Shown here piece after piece: positions 13,349 to 26,879 of a stretch of DNA of 64,000 nt. The notes beneath the pieces were generated by a model, which ran no database searches, was not told the origin of the DNA, and worked only from the letters and a program-made list of their open reading frames with translations. The position numbers were made by a program, and so were the translations under genes. Positions within the stretch are counted from its first letter, which is position 1, and every line of letters begins with the position of its first letter. Origin of the DNA: Octopus sinensis (Eukaryota); the NCBI RefSeq assembly GCF_006345805.1, contig NC_043007.1, positions 27,094,001 through 27,158,000 on the forward strand, in the 5' to 3' direction.

Positions 13349-13522
13349 CAGTAAAGGTTTAGCAACGAATTGCCTTACCACATACCGAATTAGAAATGCA
13401 GTCAAAGAGTTATAGCTATTTTCTTCTACCAAAAGGGAGATCTCAGTAAAAACAGCAATTGGAAGGCAGACACAAACAGGTAAGAGAGAATGAATTGACG
13501 GCAATCTATCATACATTTAAAG

Positions 13523-13587
<65 letters not shown>

Positions 13588-13812
13588 TATGAGAAGAAAA
13601 TGGATATATAACTATGGAATCTCATGGTTTACGCTGGCATGTCTTTAATTAAATATATAACGAAGAGGCGAAGAAACTAAAAAAAGAAAACGGAGAAGGA
13701 CAGGAAGAAGGAGTAGGAGTAGGAGTGATTAGATGAAATAAAGTAGTACATATTTGTTACTCTGTGAGTTTCGCGATACCGTATACACAAAAACAATCAC
13801 ACGGATACACAT

Positions 13813-13867
<55 letters not shown>

Positions 13868-14284
13868 ACACATACACGCATATATATATAATATAAATAA
13901 TATATATAGATATGTATATATATAATTATGTATATACATACATGTATATCTATATATATATATATGGGTGGAGGTGGGGGGCGTTATGTAGGTGAAGCAA
14001 TGTTCTTCCTATTCTTCTTTCCAGTAATCTTCTTCTTATTGATTAATTCCCTATTTCTATTTATATCCCTTTTCCTCATGTGTTATTCATTATCTCTCTC
14101 TGTGGAAACCCAGAATCGCTAAGCGAAGATATCATCACCAAGGCCCTTCCAACTTAAATATGAACCACCATTGACTGCAATAGGAACAACAGCAACAACT
14201 AAGGTAATAGCAAATATAATTGTGGTAGAGAGAGGGGGGGAACATGGATCTATAAATATATTCTTTTGTTATTTATGCTTTTAC

Positions 14285-14514
14285 ACTCTTCAGTCAGTTG
14301 GCTACGGCCATGCTGGAGCACCGCCTTTAGTCGAGGAAATCGAACCGAGAACTTATTGCGTTGTAAGACTTTTAGGTTTAGTTATTATATCGGTTTCTTT
14401 CGGTTGAAGTTTTGGGGACATAAGCACACCAACATCGGTTTTCAAGCCATGTGGTGGGAACAGACACCAACACAAAAAACTCGCACATATACACATATAC
14501 TCATACCCCACCCC

Positions 14515-14575
<61 letters not shown>

Positions 14576-14730
14576 GGGCTTCTTTCAGTTTCCGTCTACC
14601 GCATCTACTCAAAAGGCTTAGTTGACCCGAGTTATAGTAGAAGACACACCTCGGAGTTTGCCACGCAGTGGGACTGAACTCGAAACGATGTGACTGGGAG
14701 GCATGCTTCTTACCACACAGACACACGCAC
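14285..14730 (-). mobile_element. SINE family B, near full length (CORE-like domain)
   Basis: tRNA head at 14670-14730, AAGAAGCCCGT core, (TA)n/(CA)n linker and tail ending ...GCTCCAGCATGGCCGTAGCC. Confidence 0.85.
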
Positions 14731-14755
14731 CTATTCATATATATATATATATATC

Positions 14756-14803
<48 letters not shown>

Positions 14804-15084
14804 GAGGTCAGGTTACGATAAGAAAACAATAAACAAGTAGCACATTAAAAGCTTTGGCAACGACAATAATAATTCTTTCTACTTTAGGCACAGAGACTAA
14901 AATTCGGGTCCCAGTTGATTATCGGCACCCTTGCTCAACAGGTACTTATTTTATCGACGCCGAAATTTATGAATGGAAATGTCGACCTCAGCCGGATTTG
15001 AAATCAGAACGGTGCTTTTTATACTTATCACAGACGGCTCGAAACTCACAACTTCGTACGCTTAAATCCTTGGATCTTCCAATT

Positions 15085-15091
15085 GCATGTG

Positions 15092-15155
<64 letters not shown>

Positions 15156-15187
15156 TATAGATATATATATATATATATTATATACAT

Positions 15188-15247
<60 letters not shown>

Positions 15248-15322
15248 TATATATTATATACATATAGATATATATCTATATATATATATATATATATAAT
15301 AATATATATATATATATATAAA
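15085..15322. repeat. Long (TA)n tract
   Basis: Direct reading; similar tract at 29755-30030. Confidence 0.95.
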
Positions 15323-15717
15323 ATTGTGTACATTAAGAGGCTTCCAAATAGGAATGTCTTGTGCTAGAAAGAGCAGTAGAAAACTCAAACCACCAATTAG
15401 GGATAATTCTATTACTCTAGCCTCAGTAAATATTTTTTTTTACTGGAATTAGTCAGAAACCATGGTCTAGGAACTAAATTAGATTGTAAACGTTTTAAAT
15501 TTTCATTCCTTTCGAGAATTTATCCCTAATTGATGGTTTGAGTTTTGTACTGCTCTTTCTAGTACAAGGCTTTCCTATTTGGAAACTTCTTAATGTGTTT
15601 TAATGTACACGATATTTTTATGTGAATAATATATAGTCTATTGACTAATTTTGTTTGTGCTAGGCCACTGGTAATAATATTTCTATGATTCCTATTACCC
15701 TAATATTAATATATATT

Positions 15718-15762
<45 letters not shown>

Positions 15763-15782
15763 ATATATATATATATATATAA

Positions 15783-15814
<32 letters not shown>

Positions 15815-16422
15815 GGCGTGTGAGTGTAATGAAGTTTTAAATGTGCCAATTCGTTACGGCTGTTTCAAGCAGCTCCTATAATTGATTAATGAAAGCATTA
15901 CACTATTTGAAACAAACCATTCTCGTCATATGACCGCATAGACTTCAACCATAACGATTACCAACACTGCTTTAACATTTTCACAGCAATAACGAAACTC
16001 AAAATATTTACATGGTTTCCGTCGTCATATCTCTGGCAGAATGAGTTTAGAAAGTAAGGCATACCTTGTTAAGTCTACTATAATTTTAAAAAGTAGCAGA
16101 GGAATTAGTGGGAGATTTGGATAAAAAGCGGACTTTCACTAGTTACTTTCACTAGGAAGGCAATATGTAGAATGTAATCTTTAACCATTTAGAATCGACT
16201 CCACTGGGAGTTGTCAACTGTATTCTAGTTAATGGTGATAAATCAATTAATGTAAGGCAATCTATTAAATTCTTAATATACCAGAGTCGTACATGCAGCT
16301 TTATCTACACAAAATGGTAGAGCGTGGGATAATGATAAGAGAATGCCTGATAGCAAGCACTGAAATTGCCTCAATTTAAGTACGTAATTCAACGGAATCT
16401 TAATTATATATATATATATATT

Positions 16423-16454
<32 letters not shown>

Positions 16455-16587
16455 AGTGTGTGCGCTTGTGTGTGTTTGTGTGTGTGTGTGTGTGTATATA
16501 CACATACATATATATACATATATATGTATATATATATATATATATATACATACATACATATATGTATATATACATCTCTCTCTCCCA

Positions 16588-16634
<47 letters not shown>

Positions 16635-16669
16635 ATTATCACTATATGGTGCTAGAGTGTTAGAAAACA

Positions 16670-16900
16670 ACCTACATTGCTAGAAATAAGAGGTAAACCG
16701 TTCAGATGTTGTTTTTAAAGCATATGAATAACAACATATACACTAACCTGGATCATATTATAGCGAAGTGAGTCCAGAAAATGTTGAACAATCGAGCGGT
16801 CTTAACTGATGAAGCAACGGAAATTGATGAAACTGACGACAGAATTAAGAATGCTTGATCGGCACTTGTCTGACAGTTATGGTCCTTATAAGTGTATGTG
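16670..16900 (+). mobile_element. Repeat family H (hammerhead-bearing, Penelope-like)
   Basis: Homologous to 18410-18600 and 47490-47635 (ctacatt.ctagaaataagag...tacactaa...gaaactgacgacag.att.agaatgct.gatcggca). Confidence 0.6.
16800..16850 (+). ncRNA. Hammerhead-like motif HH-C copy 1 (degenerate)
   Basis: TCTTAA-CTGATGA-[decayed stem II]-GAAA-CTGAC/GACAG-AA-TTAAGA; 6-bp stem I perfect, U16.1 replaced by A. Confidence 0.5.
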
Positions 16901-17087
16901 ATTTCATTCATGTGCGTTAAGTAAAGCATAAGGGCTGTTTAGCTATTATTTCTAGCAATGGATGTATTTCCTAACACCCATGTCGCATTTAATGAGAATT
17001 ATAAGTCTCCCTTTTTGTGAACTATTGCAAACTGCTGGTTATATTAATTATATATATATATTCATACAGAGCTGGTGTAATCATGAG

Positions 17088-17290
17088 CACGCTGGGCGAA
17101 ATTCTTAACGGTATTTCGTCTGCTGTTACGTTCTGAGTTCAAATTCCGCCGAGGTCGACTTTGGCTTAAATCCTTTCGGGTGTCATTAAATAAGTACCAG
17201 TTACGCATTCGAGTTGATGTAATCGACTTAATCCCTTTTTCTGTCCTTGCTTGTACCCTTTATGCTTCGCCCTCCGTGGGCAATAAAGAA
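17088..17290 (+). mobile_element. SINE family A
   Basis: Matches family A from gcacgctgggcgaaa to gggcaataaagaaa. Confidence 0.8.
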
Positions 17291-17317
17291 AAAAAAATAT
17301 ATATGTATATATATTTA

Positions 17318-17350
<33 letters not shown>

Positions 17351-17393
17351 GTTTATATATATATATGTTTTGCCCTCCATGGGCAATAAAGAA

Positions 17394-17436
<43 letters not shown>

Positions 17437-17538
17437 ATATATATATAAGGAGAGTTTACGAAAAAAAACAAAAGACGAAGACAGATGGTGTACAAAAGAA
17501 ACAGACGTATTAGTATAACGCCCAGGAATAGAAAAAGT

Positions 17539-17574
17539 CCTTTACGTTTCGAGCCTACGCTCTTCCACAGAAAT
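17539..17574 (-). ncRNA. Hammerhead-like motif HH-D copy 1
   Basis: Minus strand ATTT-CTGTGGA-A-GAGC(GTAG)GCTC-GAAA-C-GTA-AAGG; perfect stem II, A6 replaced by U, short stem I. Confidence 0.4.
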
Positions 17575-17707
17575 GGACACAGAAGAAAACAAAGAGAGAA
17601 AAAATGTGTAGTTGCTAAAGATTTATCATGGCGACTATATATATGTATGTATATATATGTATATATATGTATATATATGTATGTATATATGTATGTATAT
17701 ATATGTA

Positions 17708-17787
<80 letters not shown>

Positions 17788-18330
17788 TTATATTAACACA
17801 CATATGTATATGTATACGTCTCTATTTGTAGGTATGGTGGGCGAATGTGTTTGCGTCACGTAATAGAGGCTGTTGTGGATATTTTTGTTGCGAACTAAAT
17901 ATGAAGATATTCTACTCAGATATAATTGTATTTTAAACAAGACGATATATACACGTATTCAATTATCCAGTACAACACAAATTTAGGGAAACAAAAGAAA
18001 GCCCACACATGAAGTTTAAATCGCGTATATAAGAATTATTTAACGAAGCTATTAATTATACTATACGACGCACCTGCTGCAGCGACCTTCATTTGAATGT
18101 AGTTCCTACAGGTTATTTAACTATCTTACAGTTATATAGAAAAAGCAACAGGAAGTGTATAGTGAAATTAAGCGTGCGTGTGTGTTTGTAAGTATGCACA
18201 CACACATACACACACACACACACATACCGGAGTAAGCACATACATGTGAAACAAGGTGGAAAAAAGAGTACTCAAATACTGGAGGTAGAGTAATATGATT
18301 TATCTAAAAGCAGCAGAAATTTAACAAAAC

Positions 18331-18368
18331 CTGTTACTCGGAGTTTCACGTTCCCGTTCGTCGAACAG
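18331..18368 (-). ncRNA. Hammerhead-like motif HH-E
   Basis: Minus strand CTGT-TCGACGA-ACG(GGAA)CGT-GAAAC-TCCGA-GTA-ACAG; all three stems pair, stem II has a GNRA loop, core positions 3-4 read UC instead of CU. Confidence 0.45.
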
Positions 18369-18493
18369 TTTTGTTAACAAAACTCTTCCTATATGTATAT
18401 AGGAAGAGTTGCCAGAAATAAGAGCTAAATCGTTCTAATGTTGTTCTTAAAGCACATGAATTACAATATGTACACTAATCGGGACCATGGTAT

Positions 18494-18544
18494 GTCGAAG
18501 CGATGAGGGAACGTAAATTGCCGAAACTGACGACAGTATTGAGA
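18494..18544 (+). ncRNA. Hammerhead-like motif HH-C copy 2 (degenerate 5' half)
   Basis: GCGATGA-GG...TTGCC-GAAA-CTGAC/GACAG-TA-TTGAGA; 3' half retains the GTA triplet. Confidence 0.4.
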
Positions 18545-18724
18545 ATGCTGGATCGGCATTTTTTGGATGATTATAGTCCCGTAAGGATGTATATATAGCT
18601 TCACCGTTTATGGTAAAGATGACAAGAGGAAAATACAAGAGGGCAGACTTTTTGTACGTTCTCTCAACCTCTGGGTACTCCCACTCTTGCGAGCAATTTC
18701 ACTTTACCCCTTTTGTAATTTTTT

Positions 18725-19100
18725 AGTTGTCTTAGTCACTGGACTGCGGCCATGCTTGGGCACCACTTTGAAAGTTTTTTAACCGAACGAATCGATCCCA
18801 GTGCAATTTTTTCAAAGCTTGGTCTTATTCTAGACATCTTTTTTGCTGAACCACTAAGTTACAGGGACATCTACAAACAACATCTGTTGCCAATCGGTGG
18901 TGGGAGACAAACACATACACAATGGCACACACACAAGCTCAGACAACGGGCTTCTTTCAGTTTCCGTCTACCAAATCCACTCACACGGCTTTGATCCTGC
19001 CGAGGCTATTGGTAGAAGACATTTGCCCAAGCTGCCACGCATCAGATCTAAACCCGGAACCATGTGGCTGGGAAGCAAGTGCCTTACCCCAAAACCACAT
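18725..19100 (-). mobile_element. SINE family B, near full length
   Basis: Colinear with 14285-14730. Confidence 0.85.
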
Positions 19101-19229
19101 GTGTCACCTGTGCCTTTTTAAAAATGATACTAGTCGTAGTGAGATGGACCGTATATTATTTCACATCAAATAAGAATGTTTTCTTTTCTTTCAATGTAGT
19201 TTATTTTCGTTATAACTTGCACATATATA

Positions 19230-19575
19230 CACTACCGTCAGAAATTAATTAGCACCCTTGATTTGCTCTTCACTCAAGGTATGTGCTGTCACCTAGTGGC
19301 CATATCTCGAACTATTGCTTTGTTGCGAGTTCACTGTTGCACAGAACGATGACGTAACTTTGTTTGCAGAGCAGTTTGAGAGTCTACACCCTTATGATGT
19401 TGACATAGCAGTGCAACAACTTTAGTGCGGATGCAGACAAATCTTCCTTGTTTAATAGATATAGGTAGCGCCTCGCAAGGACCGAAATCACACCATACTA
19501 AGTTTTCTCATCTCATTGATTTAACCTATTTAATGTAGAAATTTGAGAAGTGCTAATTAATTTCTGACGCAAGTG
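19230..19575. mobile_element. Tc1/mariner-type MITE, TA target duplication, 26-bp TIR
   Basis: TA-CACTACCGTCAGAAATTAATTAGCAC ... GTGCTAATTAATTTCTGACGCAAGTG-TA; second copy at 50004-50383. Confidence 0.85.
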
Positions 19576-20612
19576 TATATGTTATAGTCTAGTATTTCGG
19601 TGGGTTTTATTGCGTTATTATTTACCCTGGCCGACGTTTCTGTCTTCCATCGAAAGTCGATAAAATCAATACCAATCTAATACTAGAATCGATAGAAACT
19701 TCTCTTCTTTCGAGGACGAATATGTGTGATTCAGGCATAGTACCACCGTCTTTGAACAATCTTATCAAAGACGTTCCTGCTTTGATCACCCAGTCCTAAT
19801 TTCAAATATTATGTCTGTAATTCAGATATATTACATCTGAGAGCATATCTCGCAATATATCCTCCCTTGTTGAGGATGCCATTTGAGAGATAATTTGGCT
19901 GCTATTTTAAGCAGTTCGAGCGACCATGTAGAGTCAAACAACATAGTTAAAGTTCATCGAATGAAGCAGAAAAAAAGAAACTAAAAGCATGAAATATAAC
20001 CTTATATAAAAACAAATTGTGTGTATAAATGCCGACATCTATGAGAGAACAGCTATTAGCCATCATTTCTTATATTATTTATATGACTTCGTGTGGTATT
20101 TCATGACCCATTATTTCGTGTACGACTTGATTTTATCTTACACGAACGATAAGTCAATGAGATACTAGCATCCAATTTGTTCGTTTACTGAAATTTCTTC
20201 TATGTTTTCTGTCCATTGATATGAAGAGAAACCCATAAAACTATGTATTCTGTCCAAATATTCAGTGAAATGCCGCTATAGATTATTAGATTTAGAACTC
20301 AAAACCGACGAATATATTTACATCGATAGTATTATTTTCTGGCGTATGTTGCGTTTTTCGAAAGCGCATTGAAGACACTTTCAATGAAAGTAGCATAACT
20401 TGAAACTAGCGATTGCTCTCAAAACTGGGAAACTGGAAAACCAAACAAAACATTACACAAAGAGATAACTGACGTCATCAGATACGGCAAGGGATTAGCA
20501 CTCAACAGTAAACTAAATGGTAAAAAAAAAATATGCAATAGTACACATAATAATGCAATGGAATGACAGATATTGCAAAATGTGTATTTAGAAGTTCAAC
20601 AATCTATATCTA

Positions 20613-20715
<103 letters not shown>

Positions 20716-20716
20716 A

Positions 20717-20767
<51 letters not shown>

Positions 20768-20843
20768 ATATCTATATATATATATATATATGTATATATA
20801 TGCATATATATACATACACTCACATATATATATGTGTATATAT

Positions 20844-20877
<34 letters not shown>

Positions 20878-20879
20878 CG

Positions 20880-20930
<51 letters not shown>

Positions 20931-21876
20931 ATATATATCTATATATATATATATATATATAATATATATATATATATACACGTATATGTGTGGGTAGAAT
21001 AAGTGATATTCGAAAACTGGAGGCGGTGAAAACTTTTCAGATTCAGATAGAGTGTTACTCGCTTACGACTGTAGAAAAATAAAATACTGGATATGCGAAT
21101 GATATGGCGAACACAAGACGTTTATAAAACGAAGATGGGTATTAATGGATGTGTACTATAAAGAAGGCAAAGATTATTTAATCGTGAATGGTGCAATAAA
21201 ATAATAAAAGGACACAGAATCAAAGACGATATATGATTCACGCACTCTCACACACAAAAAAAGGACACAAATTGTAAGCAAAATATAGATTTGGTTGTAG
21301 AAATGCACTTAACGTTATGTATATCATTGTAAAGTAAAATGCAACGTGGACGAAAATGTCGAACAGAGAAAAAGTCTGTAACATATTTTAAGAGGAAATA
21401 TAACTTTCTATTGTAGATATCTCAAAATAGAGAACAAACCATACACTAAGCCTTCTGTTACGAGATATAATCACTACAAATCCCAGAGATTAGTAGCGGC
21501 CTGTGTCAGCATAAGCCAAGCCAGTAAATACAAAAACGGGAAATGTTACGCTGTCGTGACAGGATAGAGTAGCTAACCTTTCAGACAGCTTTCTTCATTA
21601 TCTGGACTAAATTTTAGCACAAAATGACGAAGTAAATCACCAGAAGACATTCATATATTTTATTGACTTGAAAGGATATAGAAGTGTATTCTATACTTTC
21701 AGGACTTTAATTCAGACCATATAACGGAGGACATTTAATTTATAGAGTTCTCGTTTCTGCTAACAGAGGAATGTTGGATTTTATCTGATTTAGCATGGAA
21801 ATAAAATTTGCCAGAGAAAGCTGATCGAGATGATGCAATGTTCATGCTGTTCTCAAAAGTATTAGCAATCTGATTG

Positions 21877-22209
21877 CAGTTGGGGAATTACAACCGTGTT
21901 TCGTGGTCCGAGACCACAACAGCTCCTTTATAGGATCCAGTTAGCTCAAGACATCATCAGGAGGAACCAAGTCCGGTTTCGGCCCCTACTCCTCTACCGT
22001 TTTGACGTAGCAGCCCCCCCCTTTCGGAGGTGTCTTCAGCTCTGGTGTTAGGTGCATGTCTTCTTTCTTCTTCTTTCTTCTGTTCCCTGGCCTCTTCGAT
22101 GTATCGTCAGCGAGTGTCAGCCGGTGACTGACTGACTTGTCAAAATTTTCCCTTTAAATACCTGCCGCTAGGCTTCAGTAGGCAGCCCCAGTAAGTTGTC
22201 ACGTGACAC
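21877..22209. mobile_element. GC-richer unclassified element, possibly a solo LTR or PLE terminal repeat
   Basis: Bounded by TG...CA, minus-strand TATTTAAA, imperfect flanks ctgat/ctgtc; two CTGA(A/T)GA...GAAAC pairs on the minus strand. Confidence 0.3.
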
Positions 22210-22252
22210 TGTCTCACTTTAACTGACTAGTGAAGGCGCGTAGTTTTAATTG

Positions 22253-22398
22253 AGGTGCGTGACTTACTGGTTAGAGTGCTGGACTCATGATCGTAAGACT
22301 GTTATGTCGGTTCCTGGACCGGGCAACGCGTTATGTTCTTGAGCAAAACACTTCATTTCACATTGTTCTAGTCCACTCTGCTGGCAAAAATGAATAAT
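22253..22398 (+). mobile_element. SINE family C head
   Basis: gcgtgacttactggttagagtgctggactcatgatcgtaag...ttgagcaaaacacttcatttcac...gctggcaaaaatga. Confidence 0.75.
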
Positions 22399-22519
22399 CT
22401 TGTTTTATGGCGAAAATAAATTTCATGGCAGCAATAAACATATAAACTACACAAATACACCAAATATGAAATCAATTGAAAAAAAATTGAAGAAATTTAT
22501 GAGTGGCAGTAAAGATCAC

Positions 22520-22520
22520 T

Positions 22521-22580
<60 letters not shown>

Positions 22581-22812
22581 CACTACTACTACTACTAACA
22601 CCACCACCACCGCCACTACTACTACTACTACGACAACAACAACAACTACTACTACAACTACAACAACTACTACTACTACTACTACCACAACTACTACTGC
22701 AACTACTACTACTACTACTACCACCACCACCACCACGACAACAACAACAACTACTACTACAACAACAACAACTACTACTACTGCTGCTGCTACTACTACT
22801 ACTACTACTAGT
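22520..22812. repeat. (ACT/ACA/ACC)n trinucleotide array
   Basis: Direct reading. Confidence 0.95.
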
Positions 22813-23643
22813 CTTCTCGTAGAATATATTGAGAGCTTACATTAGTGGGGGGTGGGGGGTCATGGCCTCGCTGAAGTTACTAATGCGGAAATAATAAAGT
22901 ATATGATATCTGAGTATCGAAACCTTTCTTCGGAATTTTTGATACGGCGAACATTTACCAGCCACGCTAGGCCATTCAGCATACACGTTAACAAAGTGAA
23001 AACAACAACAACAACAACAACAACAGCAGCAGCAGCAGCAGCAATAGCAAGAAATCTCACAAATCTAAGAAAAGAAAAGAAGCAGTCCACTTTATATGTC
23101 ATATTCTACGGCCGCGCAGAAATTATGAATCAAAGAGTACAAAAGGAATTGGCTAAATATAACGATTTTACTAATAAAAAAGCAGCGGTCGTAGTTTGGA
23201 GCTTCTCTGCTTTGGTCCATCGTTTTTTGGGCTTAGAGACTGCTGACAAAAATATACAATGTCACATGAACGAATGTGAAGAAGAAAAATGAATAAGAAC
23301 AAAAGGAGAAGGAGAAAAAAAGGGGGGAAAATGGTGAAAAAAAAAATGAAGGCAAAGCGAAGAGGGTGACAAAAAAATATCGTCAAAAAAAAGCAACAAT
23401 AAAGAACTGAAGCTGGTTTATGAGTGGACGGTCAGCCACTGCCGAAATGGTTGTTGTTGTGATTGTTGTTGTGGTTGTGGTGGTGGTGGTGGTGGAGGTG
23501 CTTGTGTTGTAGGCGGTGGGGGTGGTGATTGTGTTGTGCTGCTTTGAACGTTTCGTCAAATGGTTCATACTAATTCACGAGGTGGGTCGGTGGGTGGGGG
23601 TGGTGAATACAACTAACCTTATTAGAAGTGGTAGTGGCTGTCT

Positions 23644-23644
<1 letters not shown>

Positions 23645-23706
<62 letters not shown>

Positions 23707-23724
23707 AACCACTACTACTACTAT

Positions 23725-23763
<39 letters not shown>

Positions 23764-24140
23764 AACCACCTGCACCACAACCGCTACTAGTAGTAGAGGT
23801 AGGGGGGAAGGGTCCATAGTGATGGCGTTGGTGATGATGATGATGATGATGACGACAACGACGAGAGTGACGTTGATGATAATAATGACGGCTATGGTGG
23901 TGATGATGATGATGATGATGATGATGATAAGGACGATGATAATGATGATGATGATGATGATGACGAAGACAATGACAAGGACAATGATGATGACGATGAT
24001 GATGGTGAAGGCTATGATGATGACAGCAACAATGGTGACGACAACGATGATGATGATGACGACGGTGATGATAACGATGACGACGATGGCAACAATGACG
24101 ACCAGCACGACGACGATGATGACGATGAGGAGGATGATGG
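23645..24140. repeat. (ACT)n followed by (GAT/GAC)n trinucleotide arrays
   Basis: Direct reading. Confidence 0.95.
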
Positions 24141-24292
24141 TTGTAACAAGATCTCATTTGGCTTATTATTCTAACTGTTATAGTGCAATAACTAGTTTAT
24201 CTCTCACGACTAAATCTAACTTACTTTGACGCTGTTCAATACTAGTTTTATCTCTTCCACTCTAAGAAAATAAATATCCCAAAGAATAGAGA

Positions 24293-24785
24293 TAATCAAC
24301 CAAATATGAACCATTTTGTTGCACAATGCGTCTCCATCTTTCCTTTAACTTGAAAATACTCTCTTCCAGAATGGAGGTAGTTTCATGGCAAAGAATTCAT
24401 CAGGGTATCTTTTTACGTCATCCAAGGAATTGAAACTTTTACCATTAAGACTATTCTGTAGAGACCTGAATAAGTGGAAATCTGAAGGAGCAATATCTGG
24501 TGAATATGGAGGGTGGGGGTAACACATCCCAGCCGAGCTGCAGCAATTTTTGTCTGGTTCCCAAAGCAGCAAATGCCAAAAATGAACTTTCTTATCTTCC
24601 CTTTTAAAGGGTTACAGAACTAACACAGGTTATAGGAAAATAAACCTTCTTCCACAAAAAAGATAGCTTAAAATGTGCTCTAAATGGAGGTGTGATCAAA
24701 TCCTGTTTTATGGACTCAACCACGCTCTAAAATAAGTCGAAATGTAAGATACTATAAATCGAAACGAACTTTCCGGACAACCCAA
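24293..24785 (-). mobile_element. Internally deleted mariner with a transposase C-terminal relic
   Basis: ORF 24345-24572 contains HPPYSPDIAPSDFHLFRSLQNSL; the C-terminus reads VQQNGSYLVD near 24293; 5' TIR TTGGGTTGTCCGGAAAGTTCG next to TA at 24786-87. Confidence 0.9.
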
Positions 24786-25157
24786 TAGTTTTATCTCTTC
24801 CACTCTTAAGGAAATAAGTATCCTGAAGAATAGAGATAAGGGCACCTAAATTGCGAACGAATGGTGCAGCAAGAACTTGCAGTCAGGATAGTAGAAACAT
24901 CTGAATTGTTTTGTTACAGAGTAGTTTGCTACTTTCAGTGGTGGACTGCCGCGGGCAGCACTGGTATCGCGATGGATAAGGCTAAAATCCGGACAGAGCT
25001 GCTTTAGTGCCTGATGAAACATCGACCCTGTACACGGAGAGAGAGAATACAGCCTCACCTTCAATATACACCGCACTATCACTCCCCTCCACCGACATTA
25101 GCATTTGATCTTACTCTCCTAAGTTTATATCAATTACGAGCACTGCTTTCACTTTAT

Positions 25158-25386
25158 TATTTTCGTTTGTTTCAGTCATTTGACTGCGACCATTCTGGAG
25201 TACCGCCTTTAGTCGAGAAAATCGACTCTGGACTTACTTTTTGTAAGCCTAGTACTTATTCTATCGGTCTCTTTTCCCGAACCGCTAAGTTACGGGGACG
25301 GAAACACACAAACGTCGGCTGTCAAACAATGGTGGGCTGCAAACACAGACACACAAACATATATACACACACACACGCATATATAT

Positions 25387-25433
<47 letters not shown>

Positions 25434-25457
25434 GATGGGCTTCTTTCGGTTTCCGTC
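25158..25457 (-). mobile_element. SINE family B, headless
   Basis: Tail and core colinear with 14285-14600. Confidence 0.8.
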
Positions 25458-25554
25458 TGAAGTGCATTTATGATATATATATATATAAAATAGTAATACT
25501 AAATTGAATTTTTCCCTGTAAGTTTGGAGTTATACTCCCTAATATTATCTCTCG

Positions 25555-25585
<31 letters not shown>

Positions 25586-26244
25586 CATACATATGCATGC
25601 ATATGTATATATGATATATATGTATGTATATCTATGTGTTTACGTACTTATATGTAAGTATATCTATGTACAAATATATCTACAAGTGTATAAATACATG
25701 TGTATATATATATTCGTTGGTATCTTTCTTTTATATGAAAAGTCTACACTTCTAGTGTAATGTCGCTTCCTGTTAGTCTAAAAATGACATTTGCGATATT
25801 TATATATTGAATGCAACATTTATGTTAGAATATCACCATGAAAGGGTATGTCTAGGCTTATTTCGGTATAATTTAGAATGCGAATTCTTCGGTGGTACGA
25901 CAGTAATTTCCACTTGAAGGTCAAGTGTGGTGATAATATCTTTTAATTCTGTGAATCTGTCTCAACACCTTTAACGTTACATTGAAGAATTTTTGGTATC
26001 TATCAAGTTTGTAAAGTTCGTTTTTGTGTGAAATGCATTCTGTGTCGACCTGTGACGTTCGAAACAGTAATTAGGATAAAATCTTCTGTTAATATTTCTG
26101 CGATTGTTTTCCTTCTTTTTATTGATTTTTGTTATATAATTCTGTCGTTTTCTGAACTATTATCAATACATTTTGGTAGTAGTCTTGCCAGTGTTTCGCA
26201 ATATAATTCGAATTTTAGAACAGCGATCTGGAAGAACCGTTACC

Positions 26245-26853
26245 ACGCCGGGCGAAAGGCTTAGTGGTATTTCACCGACTGTTACGTTCGAAGTTCAAAT
26301 TCCGCCGAGGTCGACTTTACCTTTCATCCTTTTGGGGTCGATTAAATAAGTACCAGTTACGCACTGGGGTCGATATGATAGACTTGATCCGTTTGTCTGT
26401 CCTTGTTTGTCCTCTCTGTGTGTAGCACCTTGTGGGCAGTAAAGAAATATGTATTTCGTCTACCGTTACGTTCTAAGTTGAAATTCCGCCAAGGTCGACT
26501 TTGCCTTTCAGCCTTTCGGGGTCGCACTGGGGTCGATGTAATTGACTTAACCCCTTTGTTTTTCTTTTCTTGTCCCCTTTATGTTTAGCCCCCTGTCGGC
26601 AATAAAGAAATAAATATTTAGGAAAACGGCCAGGCGAAAGAATCGTTAGCACTCTGGGCGAAATGCTTAGCGGTATTTCGTCTGACGTTACGTTCTGAGT
26701 TCAAATTCCGCCGAGGTCGACTTTACATTTCATCCGTTTGGGGTCGATAAATAAATACCAGATATGGAATGGGGTCGATGTAATCGACTTAATCCTTTTG
26801 TTTGTCCTTGTTTGTCCCCTTTATGTTTAACCGCCTGTGGACAATAAAGAAAT
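26245..26853 (+). mobile_element. Tandem SINE family A units
   Basis: Three successive gttacgtt...aaattccgcc.aggtcgacttt units; heads at about 26245 and 26628. Confidence 0.85.
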
Positions 26854-26879
26854 AAATATATATTTGGGCCCATACTAGC

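Noticed and set aside
20470-20495. CTGATGA on the minus strand, and similar heptamers at about 25012, 32214, 36398 and 53070
   Set aside because: No stem II plus GAAA downstream; such heptamers are expected by chance
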